A model generated the notes under the pieces. It had not been told where the DNA came from. It saw only the letters and a list, made by a program, of their open reading frames with translations, and made no database searches. A stretch of 64,000 bases of DNA from Escherichia coli (GTDB lineage Bacteria; Pseudomonadota; Gammaproteobacteria; Enterobacterales; Enterobacteriaceae), in assembly GCF_044647545.1 (NCBI RefSeq), contig NZ_CP172818.1, one strand, 5' to 3'. Every line of letters begins with the position of its first letter. Position 1 is the first letter of the stretch. Below are positions 34,634 to 45,570 of the stretch, in pieces. Position numbers and translations under genes: made by a program.

Positions 34634-35380
34634 TTACCGGGCGATGAGTGCGAACACGCCCCAGCCAAAGCATTCCCGCGCGTAGGTCACGTAGCGTTTC
34701 GGCGCGATGTTTAGTTCGGCCCTGACTTCGGCGGCGAAGTCATCGTCAGGATTCGCTTCCAGCCAGCGGCGCATGGTCAGCCATTTTGCGGCTTCATACC
34801 GGTCCCAGCCTTCCTGGTCTGCCAGTACCATTTCCACCACGTCATAGCCGAGATCGTCGAACGCTCCGACAAGTCCTGGCAGCGTCAGGAAATCGCTTGT
34901 CGAGCTGACGCCGCAGGCCTGGGCTATTTCTTCTGTTGCTGGTAGCTGACGCCAGTAGGGTTCGCCGATAAGCATGATCCCGCCCGGTTTCAGGCTTTGC
35001 GCTAGCAGCTCCTCCGCCCCGGCAAACCCACCGGCAATCCATGTCGCGCCGACGCAGGCCGCCACGTCACATTTTTCATTTGCGACGTAACCGGCCGCAT
35101 CGTTATGAATAAAATGTACGCGTTCGCTGACGCCGAGTTCTTCCGCGCGACGCTTTGCCTGCGCGGTGAAGAGCGAACTCATGTCGATGCCAGTCCCCGT
35201 AATGCCATGATCCCTGGCCCAGGTGCAGAGCATCTCGCCCGAGCCGCTGCCGAGGTCAAGAATGCGGGTGCCCGGCTTCATGCGCAGCACGCGACCCAGC
35301 GTGGCGTACTTCTCTTCGGTGAACGGGTTATGGATGCGGTGTTCACTTTCGCTGATGGTAAAAATACGTGGGATATCCAT
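34634..35380 (-). CDS. yjhP: SAM-dependent methyltransferase
   Basis: 248-aa product with methyltransferase motif I (ILDLGSGSG). Confidence 0.85.
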   Translation of the reverse strand: MDIPRIFTISESEHRIHNPFTEEKYATLGRVLRMKPGTRILDLGSGSGEMLCTWARDHGITGTGIDMSSLFTAQAKRRAEELGVSERVHFIHNDAAGYVANEKCDVAACVGATWIAGGFAGAEELLAQSLKPGGIMLIGEPYWRQLPATEEIAQACGVSSTSDFLTLPGLVGAFDDLGYDVVEMVLADQEGWDRYEAAKWLTMRRWLEANPDDDFAAEVRAELNIAPKRYVTYARECFGWGVFALIAR

Positions 35381-35435
35381 TATTTAATTCCTGTTATTGG
35401 GTTAAGCCTTAAAAAGGACACAACAAGATTGTTAT

Positions 35436-35981
35436 TCACGTCAGTGCTCCGGTTTCATCAGGGTCTGCGCACCGGATGTGGCCGGTCAGGGTCATGGGCT
35501 GAGCGGTGAGTGATTGCATCATCCAGCAGGCTTTGTGCTCCTCCGGGATGGGATAAGGTGCCGGATAGCCTTTGTCTCCGGCACAGGGTTCGAACCCATG
35601 TCGGGGGTAATAGGTGGCGTGGCCGAGAACAAAAACCGTCTGGCAGCCCATCAACCTCAGGTGCTCGATGCCAGTGCGTATCAACCGTCCTCCCACGCCC
35701 ATCCCTTGGTATTCCGGTATGACCGCCAGGGGAGCGAGGATGTGCATCAACGGTGAATCCATTTCTCCTTTGAAGGTTGCCCGGGTAAATAAAATATGCC
35801 CGACGGCTTTGCCTTCATACCGGGCTAGCAGCGATAACGCGGGGCGCGCGCTTTCATCCTCAAGTAAAGAGGCCACTAAATCGGCTTCTTTGCTGAAGCC
35901 AAATGCGCGGGTTTCGACTTCCCGGATATCACTGGCATCACTTTTATCTGTGATATGAAAAGTGAAGTGGTGTACTGTCAT
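35436..35981 (-). CDS. yjhQ: GNAT-family N-acetyltransferase (reported antitoxin partner of TopAI)
   Basis: 181-aa product with GNAT core (...QGMGVGGRLIRTGIEHLRLMG...). Confidence 0.85.
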   Translation of the reverse strand: MTVHHFTFHITDKSDASDIREVETRAFGFSKEADLVASLLEDESARPALSLLARYEGKAVGHILFTRATFKGEMDSPLMHILAPLAVIPEYQGMGVGGRLIRTGIEHLRLMGCQTVFVLGHATYYPRHGFEPCAGDKGYPAPYPIPEEHKACWMMQSLTAQPMTLTGHIRCADPDETGALT

Positions 35982-35992
35982 AGAAACTCTCC

Positions 35993-36250
35993 TTAGCGAT
36001 TATCGAGCTGAGCGCGAACTTTATTCAGCTCGGTGGTGTTGATTCGATAGGGCTGGCCATTGACGGACTTGATAAGTTTTTTGGTTTTGAGTTTTTTGAA
36101 GACGGCGAGCGTGCAGTCGGTCAGCAACAGCCCTTCGCGGCTGTAGCATTCAACGGAAGTGACGCGGCCTGAAGAATCGCGGACGTGCGCAATACGTCTA
36201 CCTTTAGCGAGAACGTGTAAGGTATGTTGTTCCTGACGGGATAAATTCAT
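35993..36250 (-). CDS. topAI: topoisomerase I inhibitor toxin TopAI (YjhX)
   Basis: 85-aa product [85 protein letters not shown]; sits 12 bp upstream of yjhQ. Confidence 0.85.
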   Translation of the reverse strand: MNLSRQEQHTLHVLAKGRRIAHVRDSSGRVTSVECYSREGLLLTDCTLAVFKKLKTKKLIKSVNGQPYRINTTELNKVRAQLDNR

Positions 36251-37211
36251 ACTGAAGAACCTATTTAATCATCATGTGCAAAACGTGCAAACACACCGCG
36301 GTGTCCGCATTCGATTTCGGCGCATTGATAATCAGTCCGGCCTGAAAAGGTCGGGGAACTGATTATCGGATGATTACATTCTCCAGCATCAAAGCCTCGG
36401 GTTGAGTTGAAAGGTATTTACGGAGCGAATATTAACACGTAGTTATAGGAGGGATATGTTTCAGTAGAAAAAGTGTGATGTACTTTGGAAATTGAATGCC
36501 AACCCATTTACTGGAAAAGGCAGATGACACTGACGAATGCATGTTGAAGTACGCCTGAAATGGCCTCATCGGCTTTTCCCTTCGGGAGATTATTCTCCTT
36601 TTGTTAAATCCAGAACATAAATATGCTCACCCATCTTCGATGCTTGAAAAATTGAAGCCAATCCTGATAAGTAATTTTTTTGAAAGGGTATTTTCCGGAT
36701 TCACACCGGCTTTGATGAGTGAAAAACCGTTCTCTTTTATTCAGTCAATCGTGGCGGTAATTGCTTCAATTGCATATCCCTGGCGAGCATAAGCGGGACT
36801 GATGGTATAGCCGAGCCAAAACACATCGCATTGCTGACGTAAATAGATATCACCAATCAAAACCTGCGTCATTTGTTGACAATGGCCAATTGAATATCGC
36901 GAGCAAGTGTAAGAACTCCCAGCAAGACCCTGTAAATAATTCTGTGTAACTGCCCACGATTAAAGGTGGTCGCTCAGGCGGTCACCGTATTCGATAATAA
37001 ATGGGTCTGGAAAAAGTGCAGCATCTGGCAGCGTAATGCAGGTAGCCCAGTTCAACTCTCACTACCAGTATGATCCCAAGTTCGAGCGCGGAATGTATCT
37101 GTATGAGCATCGTCGCTGTTTCAATAACATCATCGACTACTGTAACTCACTTTGCTATCACGGTAAGTTGCAGCCTAAAAGAGGGATGGAAAAAGGACGA
37201 TTTTCCCCGCA

Positions 37212-38228
37212 ATGGGATATTTACATATTGATGGTAGAGGCATGAAGCCAAATGGAGGGAGCCGTCATAACCCTCTTGAAGCTGAAACAATAGCAGCATG
37301 GCTGGTGGCACATAAGGATGATATAGAGCGCCATTACGGGGAACCACTGTACAAAGTTGTTGGTGTTGTGACGCCATTTTCGGCGCAGGTTAATGCTATC
37401 AAAATGTCATTGCGTAAGCTGGAAATTAATGGCAAAGACGAGCAGGGTTTACTGACAGTGGGGACTGTGCACTCCTTGCAGGGGGCGGAAAGGGCGATTG
37501 TTCTCTTTTCTCCTGTCTACTCAAAACATGAAGATGGCAGGTTTCTTGATAGCAACAGCACTATCCTCAATGTTGCTGTCTCACGCGCTAAAGATAGTTT
37601 TCTGGTATTTGGCGATATGGACCTTATCGAGATGCAGCCCGCATTTTCGCCGCGAGGGTTATTGGCAAAATATCTCTTTTCTTCAGATAATAATGCGTTG
37701 CAATTTGAGTTTCAGAAACGACAGGATTTAATTTCCGCACATACACAAATTTCAACGCTGCATGGTGTGGAGCAGCATGATGAATTTTTGAACAAGACTC
37801 TTGCCGGAGCTCAAAAGAAAATAACGATTATTTCCCCTTGGTTATCCTGGCAAAAAGTGGAGCAAACGGGATTTCTGGCATCAATGGCTTTGGCCCGTTC
37901 CCGGGGCATTGATATTACCGTGGTGACGGATAAAAACTGCAATATAGCGCATGTCGATGATGATAAGCGTCAGGAGAAACAACATCTGCTGAATGATGCT
38001 GTTGAAAAGCTCAATAAGATGGGTATCGCTACGAAATTGGTTAATCGTGTTCACAGCAAAATTGTGATTGAGGATGAAGAACTGCTGTGTGTCGGATCTT
38101 TTAACTGGTTCAGTGCTACACGGGAAGATAAGTATCAACGATACGATACGTCTTTGGTGTACCGTGGTGAAGGCGTAAAAAATGAAATAAAGGCAATATA
38201 TGGTAGTCTGGATCAACGTCAGCTTTAA
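37212..38228 (+). CDS. yjhR: C-terminal fragment of an SF1 helicase fused to a PLD-type (HKD) nuclease domain
   Basis: 338-aa ORF with helicase C-terminal motifs ([34 protein letters not shown]) and a perfect HKD motif [18 protein letters not shown]; a helicase-like reading frame continues upstream in another frame (37036..37245), so this looks like a remnant of a larger gene. Confidence 0.75.
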
Positions 38229-38810
38229 ATGTGATGAGCCGTTCATGATACAGGAGTAGTAAAGGGCATATTTTACCAATGTTAAGGCGACTTTCCGTTT
38301 TATTGCGAGTCGCCTTTCCTGATTATAAATCTTATTGTTTACCTAATCATTTTCCTTTGCATAATGCGCCTGGGATTAATGGCGGGTGCTTTTAGGAATG
38401 AAAGAAAATGCAAGCAATAATATAATAATGGCCTAATTTCTTTGAACATCATTAAGCATATCATCATCGTCTATTTGCCAGAATCCGTCGACTTATAATC
38501 GCCAGAACGGCATATCAGGACGGTGCTGCGAACGCTGTGGCCCAAAACGTTCCAGTAAACTGTGTAGATGTTCGTAGATTTCCGAGCCATAATCGAAAAG
38601 GCGCGGATGTCTATTAAGGCATCCGGCTAATCTGTAAGCAATAACAACGGTTTATGCGGTGCGCGTTTTTCACCCTTGTGCCAGATTATTATATTGGCAA
38701 TTGCCTGCTGTTCGAGCCCGCAAGTGAAGAGATATTACCTTGATCTCATTTGTTTTTTGTTGTCTACTCTGAGAACGAACAAGGACATCCCCCATGAATA
38801 AACTCCCCGC

Positions 38811-39791
38811 TCACCTTTCGCGCCAAAACTGCAAAATTGCTTCTACAAACCTGTCAGAAATAATCCCTCGACGGGCTGCCGCGCTGAAATGACTGCTTCG
38901 CAGTGCCGTCGTCCAGTTCTCCGGTGACCGGTACGCTGAACCGTAATATCCCGTGCTTAAATCGTCCGGATCTTCATCAGGCGCGTTCGTCAGTCCTCTT
39001 GCACCTTGTTGCTGGAAGTCGACGAAAATAATATTGGCTAGAACATTATTTTGATAATTGCCATAAATAGCTTCATACGCATGAGGGAAATTTTCTTTCC
39101 AGTACCAGGTGGTATCGCCGCAAAACCACGGCGCGTCAGTAATTTTATTAAGCTGAGAATGGTATTGTTTTAGATCCCTACGAAAGGCGTCAACCATATG
39201 ATTAAAGTGTTGAGGGTGTGACGCGTAGTCACTGGTCATTAAGTCAAATTCGCCTTGCATCCAGCATACGCCGAGGAATTTGTTCTGCGGATTTTTTGCC
39301 AGTGCGGCTCGCGTTCTGCTGACTAAATCCTGGTATAGCGGAGTATCCGTTCCCCAACGACAAGCATCATGGCTGGCTCCGTGCCGTTCTGAATATGTCC
39401 CTTCGCTGCCCGCGGTAAAAGCCGATCCGCCACGGCAACACGGAACGATGAGAACCCCTGCATTATCAGGAATAAAGGGCAGTAATTTCCGTGCTATATG
39501 TAGTGCCTGGCCAACGGTGCCGTACTGTGTTTGATGATTCGTTGCCAGAGGATGGTGATAACCCTGCATATCCTGAACATCGTGTGGGCAGTGAGTCAGT
39601 GGAATAATGTCGTTAAAGTGACATGACGGGCCTCCGGGATGTGTATGCGCAAATCTCGCTAATTGTTTAATTCTGGGATGAGGCGCATCTTCCTTGTCCG
39701 GTAATGGTAGTCCTTCGCCATACGCCATGGCATTAGACTGACCAGCAACGGTAAGAACATAGTAATAATCGGGCGATATTATTGCGTTCAT
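38811..39791 (-). CDS. nanS: 9-O-acetyl-N-acetylneuraminate esterase
   Basis: 326-aa product MNAIISPDYYYVLTVAGQSNAMAYGEGLPLPD...; start trimmed from ORF track 39818. Confidence 0.9.
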   Translation of the reverse strand: MNAIISPDYYYVLTVAGQSNAMAYGEGLPLPDKEDAPHPRIKQLARFAHTHPGGPSCHFNDIIPLTHCPHDVQDMQGYHHPLATNHQTQYGTVGQALHIARKLLPFIPDNAGVLIVPCCRGGSAFTAGSEGTYSERHGASHDACRWGTDTPLYQDLVSRTRAALAKNPQNKFLGVCWMQGEFDLMTSDYASHPQHFNHMVDAFRRDLKQYHSQLNKITDAPWFCGDTTWYWKENFPHAYEAIYGNYQNNVLANIIFVDFQQQGARGLTNAPDEDPDDLSTGYYGSAYRSPENWTTALRSSHFSAAARRGIISDRFVEAILQFWRER

Positions 39792-39855
39792 ATAATTTTC
39801 GCGTAATACAAATGACAAATTGATAGCAAGGCCCCTTTACCGGGGCCCTGAAGCG

Positions 39856-40962
39856 TTAGTTTTGTACTGTGACTTTATTATCCTTCACAGAAATTAAAAC
39901 TGAATCCGTCACCGCTTTGCCGCCTGCAGTTTCACCGCCAATAATTAATAAACTATTATTCCAGGGCAATGATACTCCGTAGGCCCGACCTTGCGATAAT
40001 TCGCCCGATTTATCCCATTTCCCGTTATGCCAAAGATGAATATCAGCGCTATATGATTTTTTCAGGCCTTCATGCGCATAGTTCTTACCGTTCTGGTAAT
40101 TTTCTCGTGAACCTTTGAATCCGGCCCCTCCGGCAAATATAAGTGAGTCATTGCTCATGCCTGCAAAACCGCCAGCGACGCCATCTGGTGATGCGACGGG
40201 AGCAAGCTTATTCCATTTTAAATTATTACCGGTGAAATCAAGTTCAAATACGGCATCCGTTCGCAATCCTGGTTTGGCTTCGCCATTAATAAGCCAGGTT
40301 TTATCACCTTTATTCACAACCGCCGCACCAGCCGTTCCGTACCAGGGAGATTCGCCAGCGTAACTCCATTGCTGTGTAGAGGGATCAAAAGACAACAGAA
40401 ACTTATTGAAGAAATAATCTTCTGCTTTTTTGTCAAAATAGTGGGCGTTGATTTTATCTATAGTGGTTGAATCTTTTCCAGCTTCGTTGAGATCTTCAAA
40501 ATAGCCATTGAAGATATTCTGGTTAACACCGCCAGTAACATAAGCCTTGCCGTTGTGTACAAAAGTCACATGGCCCGCCATGCCCATCGGCGCGTGCGAC
40601 ATCAATTTAACCCAGCTATTGGTTTTGGGGTTGTATTTGTGTACGTCATTAAATACCTGAGTCAAGCCCTCGCTGTTTTTGCCAATGCCGCCAAACACAT
40701 ACAGATTACCATCAATAAATGCAGAGGTTGCTTGATCTCTCGGTCCACCAGGGAATGCAGCTAACGCTGTCCATTTTTTATCTTTGGCCTGTGTATCCAG
40801 CTTGTACCATGCTGTACCTGCGCTACCTAAACCAATGTAGACAGTGTCGTTATCAATTGCTCCGGTACCACTTTTAAATGGCACAGGAGTTTCCGGTAAT
40901 ACAGACGCGTTTGCGGCAAATGAAGCCATTATGATAGCAAGCGCCGTTATTGTTTTATTCAT
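39856..40962 (-). CDS. nanM: N-acetylneuraminate mutarotase (Kelch-repeat beta-propeller, periplasmic)
   Basis: 368-aa product MNKTITALAIIMASFAANASVLPETPVPFKSGTGAIDNDTVYIGLGSAG... with signal peptide; start trimmed from 41070. Confidence 0.9.
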   Translation of the reverse strand: MNKTITALAIIMASFAANASVLPETPVPFKSGTGAIDNDTVYIGLGSAGTAWYKLDTQAKDKKWTALAAFPGGPRDQATSAFIDGNLYVFGGIGKNSEGLTQVFNDVHKYNPKTNSWVKLMSHAPMGMAGHVTFVHNGKAYVTGGVNQNIFNGYFEDLNEAGKDSTTIDKINAHYFDKKAEDYFFNKFLLSFDPSTQQWSYAGESPWYGTAGAAVVNKGDKTWLINGEAKPGLRTDAVFELDFTGNNLKWNKLAPVASPDGVAGGFAGMSNDSLIFAGGAGFKGSRENYQNGKNYAHEGLKKSYSADIHLWHNGKWDKSGELSQGRAYGVSLPWNNSLLIIGGETAGGKAVTDSVLISVKDNKVTVQN

Positions 40963-40981
40963 TGTGACTGTCTCCTGTCTA

Positions 40982-41698
40982 CTACAGTTTAAATGATACA
41001 CCAATGCGATAACTGTTTTCCGATAAATTATCTCTGCCGTTGTAAACACCCTGACGGTCAAGGTAGTCATATTCTATGTATGGCGTAATATCGGGCGTCA
41101 TATGGTATTGTAGAACAAATGCATTTTCCGTCGCCCATTTCTTATGGTTTGCATAGCGATAATCGTTCTGTTTGCTGTATAGCGTCGTTTGCCATGCGAA
41201 GGTGAAATCACTATTAATATGGTAAGTGACATATCCATCCCAACGATGAACGTTATCACGAGACATATCACCGGATAAGTCTTGTTGTCGGTAAGCTTTC
41301 CAGTCGTAACGATAGCGAATGCCAAAATTAAGATCTTTTGTCGCGTCCCAGGACAGTTTTACGTAGGGTCCGTAGCGGGTGCCGTTGCTGCTAAAATGCG
41401 TTAACATTCCCGGGCGCACCGTCCATTGATCATCAAGTTTAATCGCGTAATTAACTTCAACCTGAACATCATTGAGTGCGGCATTTTCCTTTTTATTATC
41501 ATGAATGGTATTCCAGGTATTACTTTCCATGCTTGCCCACCATCCATTTTGCCATCCCTCACTGACTTTGAGTCGAGTCTCATAGGCATGGCTTCCGCTA
41601 CGATATCCACCACGTACGTCCAGTGTCGCAGCCTGAGAAATTAATGGTGACGAAAAGCACAGTAATAATACGCCAGAAAGTATTTTAGCCTTTTTCAT
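40982..41698 (-). CDS. nanC: N-acetylneuraminic acid outer-membrane channel (KdgM family)
   Basis: 238-aa product MKKAKILSGVLLLCFSSPLISQAATLDVRGGYRSGSHAYETRLKVSEGW... ending in an aromatic beta-barrel C-terminus. Confidence 0.9.
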   Translation of the reverse strand: MKKAKILSGVLLLCFSSPLISQAATLDVRGGYRSGSHAYETRLKVSEGWQNGWWASMESNTWNTIHDNKKENAALNDVQVEVNYAIKLDDQWTVRPGMLTHFSSNGTRYGPYVKLSWDATKDLNFGIRYRYDWKAYRQQDLSGDMSRDNVHRWDGYVTYHINSDFTFAWQTTLYSKQNDYRYANHKKWATENAFVLQYHMTPDITPYIEYDYLDRQGVYNGRDNLSENSYRIGVSFKL

Positions 41699-42114
41699 AA
41701 ATTTCACTCATTTGTAGGATACAGAAAGCAATACAAAGCCCGCATAAACAATTAGCATTTATGTTGTGTAATATTTTTTGCCAGGCTTATAGTGTCTTTG
41801 GCAATGGGTAGCTTATTTTATATTTTTTGTATAAGGTCTCCTGTGAAAATTCTCTTTTCACATTATTTAAATAAACAGAGAGCCAGATTAAATACCTGAG
41901 TATAAAATCTCTTCTGATGTTTAATTGATTTGAATGTTCGTAAGCTATATCACTTACTCAATCCATTTTACCCAGAGTCATAAAATAGAGTGTTTGTTGA
42001 TCTCATTTTCATATTCCTTTCAGACTGAAGTGCGTTTTCATCACCCGATGAGAAAGAACTGAAGTGATGTTTGCCATAGATTGCAAGATGCCCTGTCTCA
42101 TTGTCTATCGCGGT

Positions 42115-42136
42115 GCACCTTTATACCTGTTATACC
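42115..42136 (-). promoter_or_regulatory. putative NanR operator (GGTATA repeats) upstream of nanC
   Basis: Minus strand reads gatctggtataacaggtataaaggtgcac, nearly identical to the nanX-upstream module at 5811-5840. Confidence 0.55.
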
Positions 42137-42887
42137 AGATCAAAAATCACGCAATCCATACAACAAAACCAGATTTGCAATTCGTGTCACAAAATATGTC
42201 GATCTTTTTCTAAGAGGAAGATGCCATGTGAAGCCAGACGAACACTTGCGGTGGTCTTCAAAAACTAAAGATATTCTTTTAAATATCTGTTTTATAAATA
42301 ATTTATTTAGAGTCTAAATAAGGGAAGCTTTGTAAGCTAACTCAGTGAGCTTGGTGAAAATAAGTGTTTACCCGCCATCAGGCTTAGCATAATTCTCATC
42401 ATGAAATATGTTTCCTGGTTTGTGGCTTGTAACTGGTCACTCCTGAAGCCGATCTGGAGAGGCTTGTTGATGTTGGTGTTTTCAGGGTGATGCCTCACTT
42501 AGTTTGTTTGCCGTATCGCCCGGCGAACAGCTGTGATTGAGGAAGGTTTAAGTCGTAGTGACCAAAGCCATATTTACCAACGGATGCAGATGAAAAAATC
42601 GTTTCCTGCTTTCCCCCATATCTCCATGATAAAAAGGAATGTAACAATCTCATGGTCTAAACTGACGAACCAGCCAGGAATAATCGCTAGGGACCTAAGA
42701 ATTAGCATGATAATAGCCACTAAGAAATTACTGCGTTCCATGAAATAGCCATTTTGTGGCAAATGGAGTTGACTAATAATGTCATATGTGAGACGGCTAG
42801 TTGAGCGAATATTAAATTTTGCTGAATTTTTTATGTTGATTTTACTTGTTACAGAACATATCACATGATATATAGATAATAAGAGAA

Positions 42888-43550
42888 GACAGCGCCGGGG
42901 GCCCGCGGCGCCCGCTCCCAGCGCGGCGGGGGCGGGGGGGGGATATAAGGGAGCCTCGTCCCACACCAGCAAAGGGGACGCGGCTCGAGCCCAGCGGGAA
43001 GGGGCGCGGGGAACGTCCGAAGGCGTCATACGCGTAAAACAGCCAGCGCGCGCGATGCGCACATCCCACGTTCGTCCATTCCGCGCAGGACGTGACGACG
43101 CCGGCGTTGGCGGGTTACCGCGCGGCGGGCTGCGGGGCGTTGAGGAACGCCCATAATGGCGGGCGTGCGGCTCCAACGTTCGGCTCTGTTTGGGCTGGTG
43201 CGTACCGGGTTGAGAAGCGGGTAAGTGAACGCGTTGCCGTTTTACGGCAGTGAGAGCGAGTAGCGCCCGCGCGCGGGGGGGGCGGCGGGGCGCGGCCGGT
43301 GTCCCCGGCGCGGCGCGGGTTCGTGGAGGCCACGCGCCAGTGCGGGAGTGGGCCCGGCATGCGAACGGCCGCACTGGGGGCATTCAATGACGACCTTCTC
43401 GGTTCGTGGTGGAGAGGGGGGGACGGTGGGCAGGGCGGCGGGGCGCGGCCCGGCGGGGCCGCGCACCGGGGGGGGGGGGGGGGGGGGGGGGGCGCACCAC
43501 CCCGCGTGCTGCGGGGCAGCGGTGGGCGGCCCCTCTCTCGGGAACAGTTG
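42888..43550. other. G/C-rich low-complexity block with homopolymer runs; probable artefact, garbled IS1-like interior
   Basis: Starts at the expected fimB start region and ends inside fimH; contains a G run of about 25 nt and stretches such as gtcatacgcgtaaaacagccagcgc...tgcgtaccgggttgagaagcgggtaagtgaacgcgttgccgttttacggcagtgagagc that resemble IS1 interior as I recall it. Confidence 0.6.
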
Positions 43551-43715
43551 ATGCGCAACGGTACGATTATTCCAGCGAATAACACGGTATCGTTAGGAGC
43601 AGTAGGGACTTCGGCGGTAAGTCTGGGATTAACGGCAAATTACGCACGTACCGGAGGGCAGGTGACTGCAGGGAATGTGCAATCGATTATTGGCGTGACT
43701 TTTGTTTATCAATAA
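43551..43715 (+). pseudogene. fimH: 3' fragment of the type 1 fimbrial adhesin gene (last ~54 codons)
   Basis: Frame reads ...RNGTIIPANNTVSLGAVGTSAVSLGLTANYARTGGQVTAGNVQSIIGVTFVYQ*, which I recognise as the FimH C-terminus; there is no upstream fim gene body. Confidence 0.8.
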
Positions 43716-43786
43716 AGAAATCACAGGGCATTGCTAATGCAGGTACGCAATATTACCTGAAGCTAAAAACCTGCACGTTAGCCCTT

Positions 43787-43823
43787 TGTAGGCCAGATAA
43801 GACGCGTCAGCGTCGCATCTGGC
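43787..43823. repeat. REP (repetitive extragenic palindromic) element
   Basis: gtaggccagataagacgcgtcagcgtcgcatctggc matches the REP consensus family, between fimH' and gntP. Confidence 0.7.
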
Positions 43824-43887
43824 ATAAACAAAGCGCACTTTGCGACAATCCGAACAGAGCCCGCCATTGGCAGGCTCTGGTGTTCTT

Positions 43888-45231
43888 TTACGCTACCATG
43901 CTAATAATCAACACAATAATCAGCCCAACCACGGAGTTGACCAGCTCCAGCAGTCCCCAGGTTTTCAACGTGTCTTTTACCGACAGGTCAAAGTAACCTT
44001 TGAACAGCCAGAATGAGGCATCATTAATGTGGGTGAGGGTGTTGGAACCCGCAGCCGTCGCCAGCACCAGCAGCGCCGGATTCACGCCAACCAGCTGACC
44101 GGTTGCTGGATCAAGGATTGCAGCACTGATAATCCCGGCGGCGGTCATCGCCGAAACGACACCCTGACCCGTCGCCAGACGAATTAGCACAGTGATCAGC
44201 CATGCCATAATGTAGGGCGAGATATTGCCGTGGGACATCAACATGCCGATGGTGTCGCCAATGCCGGTGTCGATGATAGTTTGCTTCAACACGCCACCCG
44301 CACCGATGATCAGAATCACCATTGCAATGCTTTTCACCGCACTTTCAAAAGCGTTCATCACCCACTGCATGTCATGACCACGTGCGGTGCCAAAGAGTAC
44401 GAATGCAACCACCATCGCAATAAACATTGCAATCGGCGAGGAACCGATAAAGTTAACCACTTCCCAGGCAGGGGTATCTTTTACCAGCCAGATATTGGCG
44501 ATGGTGGTGGAGATCATAATGATCGCCGGGATCAGCGGCACCAGAATCGAAACGCCGAAAGAGGGCAGATTGTTCATATCTACCGGTTGATCTGCTTTCA
44601 GGAATGATGGCGTTGGGCGCTCAAGATTGCCGAGGAACTTCGGCAGGATCAGACCTGCGCAGATTACACTTGGGATCGTCACCAGTACGCCATAGATATA
44701 AACCATCCCCATATCTGCGCCATAAGCATTCACCAGCGCCACAGGACCCGGCTGCGGTGGGAACAGTGAATGTGCGGTAGTGGCAGCTGCTACTGCCGGG
44801 ATCGCCAGTTTCAGGAACGGAATTTTAGCTTCGGCGGCAATGACAATAACCAGCGGCGCTAACATGATAAAGGCCACTTCATAGAACATCGCCAGACCAA
44901 AAATCAGGCCGATGATAATCACCGACAGCTGTACATAGCGCAGACCGAGACGCGCCAGCAGCGTATGTGCTATCTGGTGAGCCGCGCCGGAGTCGACCAT
45001 CAATTTACCGATGACCGCACCGAACACCACGATGATAGCCAGTTCCCCCAGCGTGTTGCCGAAGCCCGCTTTCATGGTGTGCAGCAGCGACATCAAATCC
45101 ATGCCCGCCAGCATCCCGACGGACAGCGCCGCCACCAACAAAGCCACCATTGAATTGATTTTGAACTTCAAATTCAGTACCAGCATCAGACCAATGCCGA
45201 ATACCACCCAGAGAATGTTAAGCACATGCAT
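43888..45231 (-). CDS. gntP: high-affinity gluconate permease (GntP family)
   Basis: 447-aa product [43 protein letters not shown]... Confidence 0.9.
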
Positions 45232-45394
45232 AACGTTTTACCTTACCTGGTTGAACCGTTGTTATTTTGGGCGACATGTTATGTAAATTGGTCAACCATT
45301 GTTGCGATGAATGTCACATCCTCTGATCAATAACCATCGATTACCCTTTGCTGCAATTTGCAGCAACAACCAGGAGAGTGAAATTCTTGTGATG

Positions 45395-45408
45395 TGGTTA
45401 ACCAATTT
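45395..45408 (+). promoter_or_regulatory. putative UxuR/ExuR operator (palindrome) in the uxuA promoter, with an adjacent ttgaca -35-like hexamer
   Basis: tggttaaccaattt palindrome resembling AAATTGGTATACCAATTT; ttgaca at 45420-45425. Confidence 0.5.
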
Positions 45409-45570
45409 TAGAATTCGGGTTGACATGTATTACCAAAAGGTAGAACTTATACGCCATCTCATCCGATGCAACGCCACGGCTGCGGTCTGGTTGTTCATCC
45501 GGATACCTAAACAACTCCAGGGTTCCGCGTCTCTTTGCTGTGGAACCCACTATGTGAAAGAGGAAAAATC

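Noticed and set aside
42574-43585. ORFs 42574..43383, 42842..43069, 43115..43585, 43242..43466, 43348..43551 and the N-terminal part of 43299..43715
   Set aside because: Low-complexity poly-Pro/Gly/Arg translations of the degenerate block; only the last ~54 codons of 43299..43715 (the FimH C-terminus) are real coding sequence.
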